Part shown: one piece after another, positions 60,083 through 64,000 of the stretch
How the letters are laid out: every line of letters starts with the position of its first letter
How positions within the stretch are numbered: the first letter of the stretch is position 1
IMG/VR virus record: IMGVR_UViG_3300011774_000001
Span: 96,001 to 160,000 of that record
DNA from: a virus
Lineage: Duplodnaviria; Caudoviricetes
Strand: one strand, 5' to 3'
DNA: 64,000 nt
Program-made: the position numbers and the translations under genes
Notes under the pieces: model-generated
Seen by the model: only the letters and a program-made list of their open reading frames with translations
The model's database searches: none
What the model was told of the DNA's origin: nothing

Positions 60083-60500
60083 GCATAAAGGCCTGCCTCG
60101 TTGGGCAGGCTTTAGAATGTATTTTTTCTCAACAGATGATTCTTACATTGTGAATACTACTACTACTACAAAGGGACTGCGTCCCCTAGGGACGATTATT
60201 CCCGTTGGCGGCCTCCTGCGGAGTCCTACCCAGGACGAAGCGCTCTTTACCAGCCATCTCCATTCCTTCCAGTCATTACAATGTCTAGTAACGCTGCTTC
60301 TTCTTTATCCTTCCCATTAACATATACCTACCCCCCTTGGGGTTGAATGAATTAGTTTTTTTCTTTTCTCTTTGCTTCTCTCCCTTTACTGGGGGGCCTC
60401 TCTAGCGAGAGGCCAAATGGGAGGTAGCTTTTATTTTGAGCTTCGCTGTAGAGCAAGTGCAAATCCGCGGGTGGGCGCGGCGGCGCGGTCGCCTCGATTG
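60083..60500. other. non-coding, strand-skewed region with short hairpins (candidate origin/packaging region)
   Basis: (TAC)5, pyrimidine tracts, several 4-6 bp hairpins; lies between divergent units. Confidence 0.4.
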
Positions 60501-60507
60501 AACCTAA

Positions 60508-60535
60508 GTTGAAAACTAGATCATCACTGTGAGGC
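60508..60535 (+). promoter_or_regulatory. phage early promoter, copy 6
   Basis: GTTGAAAAC-TAGATCAT-CACTGTGAGGC. Confidence 0.6.
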
Positions 60536-60587
60536 GCTATCTTAGAGTATCTGTTAGCACCCACCTAAAAAATCCGGGAGAAACCCC

Positions 60588-61055
60588 ATGGGACGCACCG
60601 TTAAGATTCATGGCTTTGATTCCCCGCGCCTCGGCCGGCTGGAGGACAGCATTGTTGTGCGCTGGAAGGAGGCGTTGTTGATTGCCTTCCCCGGCACTCG
60701 TGTGTGGGAGTATCTGGATGGGATTCCAAGCGATGACTGGGATGTCGATTACTCTCCGGCACTCTTTACCCGCTTTACTCCACACATTGAATACCAGGAC
60801 CTGTGGATCACTGATTACCTGCATTGCCAGTATTGGGATGCGGTGATGGTGGTGGGTCTGCATCCTGGTGTGGTAGTTGCATTACCCAGTGGGCCTGATA
60901 CACTTAAGGCACTGCTGTTAGGCAAGGAGCGGTTGCATGAGCTGTACCCAGAGTTGCGCATTCTGCGCGAGAACAACTGGATCAGTAAAGTGCAGTGGCC
61001 AGTAACAGAAGTCATGCAGATCCCTGATGTGCATTGGCAGCGTCACAACTTTTAA
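60588..61055 (+). CDS. hypothetical protein
   Basis: SD GGGAG. Confidence 0.7.
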   Translation: MGRTVKIHGFDSPRLGRLEDSIVVRWKEALLIAFPGTRVWEYLDGIPSDDWDVDYSPALFTRFTPHIEYQDLWITDYLHCQYWDAVMVVGLHPGVVVALPSGPDTLKALLLGKERLHELYPELRILRENNWISKVQWPVTEVMQIPDVHWQRHNF

Positions 61056-61118
61056 GGAAAGCCCGCCTAGGAATAGGTGGGTTTCCATTTATGCCCTTTG
61101 GGCGATTAGGAGATACAC

Positions 61119-61415
61119 ATGAAAGCTAGCGTTAAGACCACCGTAGCAGAACTCACCAATGAAATCTGGCAGCGTGAAGGTGTCCGGGTTATCATTCATA
61201 CCAAGAGCAACTACGTCTGCTACAACTATCGCTACTCGCGTGCGTTGGACGAGGCGCACACCATCGCTCACCTGCGCAAGCGTGTGCAGAAGCGTTTGGA
61301 GAAGATGTTCACGATCATGCCTGAGTACACGATCGTACTCGGCGACGGCGCCATCAACCCACGTTCGGACATGCGCATGTCGCGTGCTCGTAAGTCTTAC
61401 AATCGAGCGGCCTAA
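61119..61415 (+). CDS. small basic protein, paralog of 52082..52363
   Basis: TVAELTNEIWQREGVRVIIH. Confidence 0.75.
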   Translation: MKASVKTTVAELTNEIWQREGVRVIIHTKSNYVCYNYRYSRALDEAHTIAHLRKRVQKRLEKMFTIMPEYTIVLGDGAINPRSDMRMSRARKSYNRAA

Positions 61416-61417
61416 TC

Positions 61418-62269
61418 ATGATCGCTAAGTTGAACATCCTTTTCATGGGCCATGGCGTTTATTTCATGGACGCCAATAACAGTGCCCGCACCACATTGGT
61501 CCACTGCATGGGTCGTGTGTTGTTTGAACACTTCACTCAGGAATGGGGTGCCAACAATGCTGAGCTGGCTCGGGCAATCCGCGAGGCTGACAATGCTCTA
61601 ATGACGGTCACCGTCCAGGCTGAGAAGATGTACGAGACACTCATGTCGGACGCCCCGATGTATGAGGCTGATCGCCCTGGACGGGGCTCTCTGCTCGCCG
61701 ATGCCCGCAACCCCAACGCCGGGCGGCCAGCGATGCAGTTTAATCTGCAATACTCCAACGAGCCAAACCGCATCATTGCCAAGTCGTTGTATGACGCAGC
61801 CCACCACATTGCGTGGTACAGCTATGAGAGCATGGCGGGTGCTCCACGAGATCGGTTGGAAAAGTTGGTACGGGGTGAGGTGCAAAGCAGTATTGATTCA
61901 GAGATTGTCTCTGGGTTGAACTCGCCAAGCTTCTTCGACCTGTTTGGCCGTGAACCAATTCTGTTAACGGCGTTCGCAGGCTTTGAAGCCAACCTGCGTA
62001 ATCGTGGTTTCCGTGAGGACCATTTGTCGTTGGTATGGGAAGACATCGATAAGGATGGCACCGTTCAACCACAACCAGCCTCCAAGTATCTTTCTGACCG
62101 ACCTCTGAAAGATATCAAGGACATACTCTGCCATCTGGGGATGAACGAAAGTGACGCAATCACCTTCGCCACCAATCTGGGACAAGCTGGTCTCAGCATT
62201 GGCACCGATCTTCACAACGAGATCATCCGCGACATCCGTGGACTGCTCATCAACAAAATCAAACACTAA
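61418..62269 (+). CDS. hypothetical protein
   Basis: 283-aa ORF. Confidence 0.75.
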   Translation: MIAKLNILFMGHGVYFMDANNSARTTLVHCMGRVLFEHFTQEWGANNAELARAIREADNALMTVTVQAEKMYETLMSDAPMYEADRPGRGSLLADARNPNAGRPAMQFNLQYSNEPNRIIAKSLYDAAHHIAWYSYESMAGAPRDRLEKLVRGEVQSSIDSEIVSGLNSPSFFDLFGREPILLTAFAGFEANLRNRGFREDHLSLVWEDIDKDGTVQPQPASKYLSDRPLKDIKDILCHLGMNESDAITFATNLGQAGLSIGTDLHNEIIRDIRGLLINKIKH

Positions 62270-62285
62270 TTCCGGGGAATCGATT

Positions 62286-63080
62286 ATGGGCATTGCAGAA
62301 AACGTGAAGGACAAAAAAGAAAACACCCGCCACCATCAAGAGCGCATGCGGGTTATCCAGATCATGGCGCCCGTGAGCTACGAGTTCAGCCCAGATCGCC
62401 CTCCTCAAGCGTTCGAACTGGAAGTGGGTTTCACCGACCATCACCGTGGGCCAACTGCTCCAGTGCGGTTTGAAAGTGCTGACCTGTTGTTCAAGGAACT
62501 GCATCCTTCCATCGATCGTCAGGACCTGCTGCCTAATCTGGGCAAGCCGTTCTTCTTCGTGAATCAGGTTTACATGCCGCATGACTACCGGCCAGAAACC
62601 CATCACGTTGAACTGTTCCTGCCAGAAGGCCTAGTTCGCGGCTACCTGAACATCTACAACAGCCTGGGCTACCAAACCCGTTCGACCTTCCGGGAAACCA
62701 CCCCGCGGTCTACGGTACTGGACCTACTGGCACTGGTCGCCTTCCACAACACCCTGAGCCTGGACTGGTTGTTTGACCCAACCATGTCTGTCAAGGAGTT
62801 CCTCAAGCACATCGGTTTGGGCGATGATGAAGAGGTCAAGAAGGGCAATGAGCGCGAGCGTGAAAGCTTTGCCGCTACCAGCGCTAGCCCGTGGATCAAC
62901 ATCCGTCAGGACGTAGACCGCGCCATGCGCAATCGTGATCCTCGCGGTGGCCAGATGCATCGTCAGGGCGACAGCATCGCATACTTCTACGCCGAGAACC
63001 TGCTGCCAATCGATCCAACCATCCGCCAAATGCTTCAGCTGCCGGCGGCCACTCTCGTTAACTACGTGCCAGGATTCTGA
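62286..63080 (+). CDS. hypothetical protein
   Basis: Start moved to 62286. Confidence 0.75.
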   Translation: MGIAENVKDKKENTRHHQERMRVIQIMAPVSYEFSPDRPPQAFELEVGFTDHHRGPTAPVRFESADLLFKELHPSIDRQDLLPNLGKPFFFVNQVYMPHDYRPETHHVELFLPEGLVRGYLNIYNSLGYQTRSTFRETTPRSTVLDLLALVAFHNTLSLDWLFDPTMSVKEFLKHIGLGDDEEVKKGNERERESFAATSASPWINIRQDVDRAMRNRDPRGGQMHRQGDSIAYFYAENLLPIDPTIRQMLQLPAATLVNYVPGF

Positions 63081-63081
63081 C

Positions 63082-63276
63082 ATGAACGATCATTTCAACA
63101 AAGCATTCGCCGACATCTTTGGCAGCGCTCAGCTCGACCCAATGCCGAAGAACCCAGGCAATGCTTCACGTACCCGCATGTACCCAGGCGCAACGGGTGC
63201 GCGCACTCCGGTGACACTCAAAAGTGGTCACGATTCTCTGACCTCTGCGTGCCGGCAGCATAAGGGCCAGCCGTAA
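63082..63276 (+). CDS. hypothetical small protein
   Basis: ATG one base after previous stop; runs into terminator. Confidence 0.45.
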   Translation: MNDHFNKAFADIFGSAQLDPMPKNPGNASRTRMYPGATGARTPVTLKSGHDSLTSACRQHKGQP

Positions 63277-63291
63277 GGCCGGCCAATGTGC

Positions 63292-64000
63292 TCAAAGCAA
63301 TCCACCCACCATGGATTGAATATGGTCCAGGTGCGACAGTGGGTCGACCAGGATGGATACCTTTTCCCACTTCTTCATCTGCTCTTCGTAGAGTTCGTTG
63401 GCATCTTGATAGCTGTCAACGATTTCCTTGAAGCGGCCGATGGACATACCACCCGCGATCTGGGCTTCATCCATTGGGATGACAATGTTGTTGTAGATGT
63501 ACGCCTTAACAGCGAACTCGCACAACTTCTTGAAATGCTTCCAGGCAGCTGGTGGTACGTGGGACAGGGTGGCATCGTTTTCCAACTGGCAGTCGAGGTA
63601 CAGTGTACCCGCCAGACGCAGAGGGGAACGAATCATGATGACGTTATCACCAATGATCTGGATATTGCTATCCGACATCAGAGGCATGGCGTCACGGGAT
63701 TGCTTCACTGCCCGCATGGCATCTACCAACCCACTCGACGCACCAAACTGCATCGATACCGAACCACCCAATGCACCCGTAGGCGTACCGGTTACCATGG
63801 CGTAAACCGCGGTGATCGATCGCCCATTGGTACGGGACTTCGGAATGGTCAGGACCAAACTCCAGTCGTCTTGTTGCTCTTGCACCAGGCCAACCAGAGA
63901 GACCAACTCACGTTGACCACTGATGAGGTTGATGCCGGGCAGAACACGGCCCTCAATTACCTTTTCACGGATAACGTGATCGATGCTCACCACCGGGGCA
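63292..64000 (-). CDS. conserved phiKZ-like virion structural protein (5'-truncated)
   Basis: KAYIYN..IPMD.AQI.GG...G.FKEIVDSY.DA motif recalled from jumbo-phage virion proteins. Confidence 0.6.
   Translation of the reverse strand, partial: APVVSIDHVIREKVIEGRVLPGINLISGQRELVSLVGLVQEQQDDWSLVLTIPKSRTNGRSITAVYAMVTGTPTGALGGSVSMQFGASSGLVDAMRAVKQSRDAMPLMSDSNIQIIGDNVIMIRSPLRLAGTLYLDCQLENDATLSHVPPAAWKHFKKLCEFAVKAYIYNNIVIPMDEAQIAGGMSIGRFKEIVDSYQDANELYEEQMKKWEKVSILVDPLSHLDHIQSMVGGLL

Overview
Segment of a phiKZ-related (Chimalliviridae-like) jumbo phage genome, probably with a gammaproteobacterial host such as Pseudomonas (inferred from the SspB, Tmk and LigA sequence types). In order: the end of a virion gene, the terminase large subunit and two convergent head/virion genes; an early-gene block (4.6-11.3 kb) in which most genes sit behind a repeated leader that hides the Shine-Dalgarno (SD) in a hairpin; a DarG-like macrodomain gene; a ~12 kb array of paralogous tail/baseplate-fibre genes; dTTP-synthesis genes (tmk, DHFR, dcd, thyA); sspB; many hypothetical genes; an NAD-dependent DNA ligase; and an origin-like non-coding region. 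Main non-obvious signals: (1) a ~930-nt multi-domain structured non-coding RNA candidate at 31527-32455 that I cannot assign to any known class; (2) a second ~260-nt structured RNA candidate at 12240-12500; (3) a lambda-type G_GGA_AAG -1 frameshift site with a stimulator hairpin that would append an AlgP/histone-like KPAA tail to a 365-aa protein; (4) the repeated SD-hairpin leader, with a compensatory stem change; (5) a six-copy phage promoter; (6) terminator-like hairpins bracketed by CATA...TATG instead of U-tracts; (7) a small gene nested in the tail of a degenerate GIY-YIG gene. All family calls are by motif recognition from memory; no searches or folding programs were run.
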